A stretch of 64,000 bases of DNA from contig MU004193.1 in the NCBI GenBank assembly GCA_010093605.1, positions 1-64,000 of the forward strand. The letters run 5' to 3'. The translations under genes and the position numbers were made by a program. How positions within the stretch are numbered: the stretch's first letter is position 1; each line of letters starts with the position of its first letter. Below, in pieces: positions 61,659 to 64,000 of this stretch. Source of the stretch: Lophium mytilinum. Taxonomy: Eukaryota. The notes under the pieces were generated by a model. The model worked only from the letters and a program-made list of their open reading frames with translations. It was not told where the DNA came from and ran no database searches.

Positions 61659-64000
61659 CCTCTTCTTCTAGATCTAATTTACCATTAAATTACGTTTATA
61701 ATAGTACGTCGCGCTTACAGCTTTACGCTATGCGCCATTAGCATGTTAGGCTATTAGCTTCTTTAGAAGCTTTAAAGCTTCCAGGGGCATATAATACTAT
61801 AAGAGGTGCGTTAGCAGGCGGTAATATTACAGTAATATGCCTAAGAGGGGTTTAGAATTCTTTAGAGGCCTACTACTACGTTAGTAGGGGGGATAATAAA
61901 GGTATTAGGATATTTAATAGCTTAATAGTAAGGAAGAATTAGAAGAGATTATAAAGTGTTTATAATAGAGGGAATTATAAGGTAATATAAATATTAGCAT
62001 GCTGGCGCATATTAGGTTCTAATGCGCAATTAGAGCTATAATAGCTAATAATAGGCTTATTAGAGGTCTTATAAAGTCCCTTATAATCTAGTAAGAAGCT
62101 TATAATCTTGTATAGGTCTAAGAAGCTGTTAGTATATTACAGAGCAGTAAGTAGTAATCTAGAAGTAATAGATTTAAGAATCTAAAGTATATATAAGGCC
62201 TTCTTAACGCTCTTACACTCTTTCTTCTATACTTAACTTTCTTCTTTAAGGTTTAAGCTTCTTTTAGCTTTAAAGGTTTATTAAAGACTCTTATAGCTTC
62301 TCTTCTTATTACTATTATCTTTTCTTTATTAATTCTTTTATTAGGACTCTCTCTCTCTTAGCTTCTAGGCTGCTTCTCCTTACTCCAAGTCAGCGTTATA
62401 ACGTTGCTTAATACCTAGCCAGGTTCTATAGCCTCTAGCTTACTCTATAGAAGAGGTAGAGATAATAGAGATAATAATCCTTTAGACCCTAGCTATAGTT
62501 GCAAGGTTCCGCGCTCTTATAAATTCTTAGGCATCTTAGCTTATAAAGCCTTATAGGCCTATAGTAAGTTCCTAATAATAGTTTAGCTCTTTCTCTTAAT
62601 AAAGCTAATAAGATCTAGTTACTATTATGCTTATATTAATTATCAACCTTTTAATAGTCTAGAGGTTCTATAATCTATACTATACATAGCTAATAGCCTT
62701 TAATAACTCTATCCCACTTCCTTAAGCCTTCCAACGCTACGCTATAGCTTCTAATTATTTAAACTACACTAAATACCCCCTAAAGTTTAAAGGTAGTAGT
62801 AGAGCTTAAAGAAATATACTGCTTTAAGGGTTCCTTAGTAATATTAGGGATAATAAACTAATTTTAAATAAGAACTATAGCTATAATTCGCGCTTTATAG
62901 GGCTTCTTAAATAGTATTTAGGCTTAAGAGTAGATTATAGTAAGAATTCTAGGGCTCCTCCTGCCTTTAGGGCCTGCAACTACTACCTAAGAATGTTCTT
63001 AGGAGGCTGTTAGTTTAGTAAATATATTTAAGCTCGCAATCTAGATAGTTCTCCTCTCTACTAAGGATCCTGTGTGGAATATTATTAGTAGGGCAGTAAG
63101 GAGACTTATTTATTCTAAGGTAAGTTTAGCTTTACTTTTAGAGTGTCTTAGAACTTAGCTAACACCTATTATAGAAGGATAGACTCTAATAGCTTATTAG
63201 AAGACTACTAGGGCTCGCGTTTAATAAGGTCGCTATAATATTACTAAGTTTATATCTTCTCTTTATAATTAAGAATCCCTTAAGAACCTAGCTAAGAATA
63301 TAGTACGCTTAGCCTTAGCTATATAGCTGCTAATAGAATTAATTTAAAGAAAGACTACTATACTACTACGTAATCTAGGTATTCCTTATACTCCTAAATC
63401 TCTAACAGCTTAATATCGCCTATAGGGCTCTAGTAGTGCTTCTACTTAGGCTTCTAGTTTAAGATCTAGCTTCTAGTAATTATCCGCAGCTATATCGGGT
63501 TTAGGAAATATAGCTACTTTAGGTTCTAGCACTTAAGGTCTAAGGTAATACTCCCTAATCTTTCCTACTTAGCCTTTAACTTCTCTAACTTCTTTAACCT
63601 CTTATTATTCTCCTTTAGGTTCTCTATAGCGCTCCCGAGAGCCTACTTCTAATATACTATTAAGCCGCCGCTTATCCTAGTTATCTATTAGTAACAATAA
63701 CAACTCTACTAGAGAGACCCCTCTAAACTCTACTTAGTATTAGATGGGCTCTCTAAATGCTATTCTCTAAAAGAATAGGGCTAGTAAGCATAGCTAAAAT
63801 ATATTAACTTAGAGCGCGCCTCCAAAACAGCCTTAGAAGAATAATAATAGCTATTCTAGTAGTAGTAGTAGCTATAAAAGTCCTAGTAGAAGGAGTTCTA
63901 GTAGTAGAATAGCTACCTAGAAGAACTAAGAGTGTGTCGGCTTAGCTAGTATTAATGGAAAAGCGTTAATTTTCCCTCCCCTTCTAGATATAAGAAGGAT
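61500..64000. other. RIP-mutated block, probably a relic gene or transposon of unrecognised type
   Basis: TpA excess, CpA/TpG depletion, no ORF of 60 aa or more. No diagnostic transposase or recombinase motif was recognised. Confidence 0.85.

Noticed and set aside
1..64000. Starship giant transposon
   Set aside because: The gene content looks cargo-like, but no DUF3435 tyrosine-recombinase captain or element boundary could be recognised, including in the RIPed ends.

Overview
This window is filamentous-ascomycete genomic DNA. It has spliceosomal introns (GT..CTRAC..YAG) and RIP-type AT-rich blocks at both ends. About 1-5570 and about 61500-64000 are RIP-degraded; the left block includes a dead Mutator/MULE transposase. 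The gene-rich core between them holds, in order: a cyclophilin; a 5'-truncated linoleate-diol-synthase-like gene; a five-gene sugar/polyol catabolic cluster (Zn2Cys6 TF, STL1-like porter, DAK-family kinase, SDR, DHAS-type transketolase); three tandem C2H2-like paralogs with swapped N-termini; a QIP/Gfd2-like DEDDh exonuclease with a zinc knuckle; a small secreted protein; two tandem F-box/ankyrin genes; a secreted FAD oxidoreductase; a kinase fused to a degenerate Cdc24-type CH-DH-PH module; a Tri12-family MFS pump; and a secreted toxin-like gene bracketed by direct repeats. The least explained signals are a non-coding repeat/variable-spacer array at about 46436-46927, two dispersed 150-210 bp repeat families, the kinase-RhoGEF fusion and the DHAS/DAK/SDR cluster. 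All calls come from reading motifs by eye; no searches were run.
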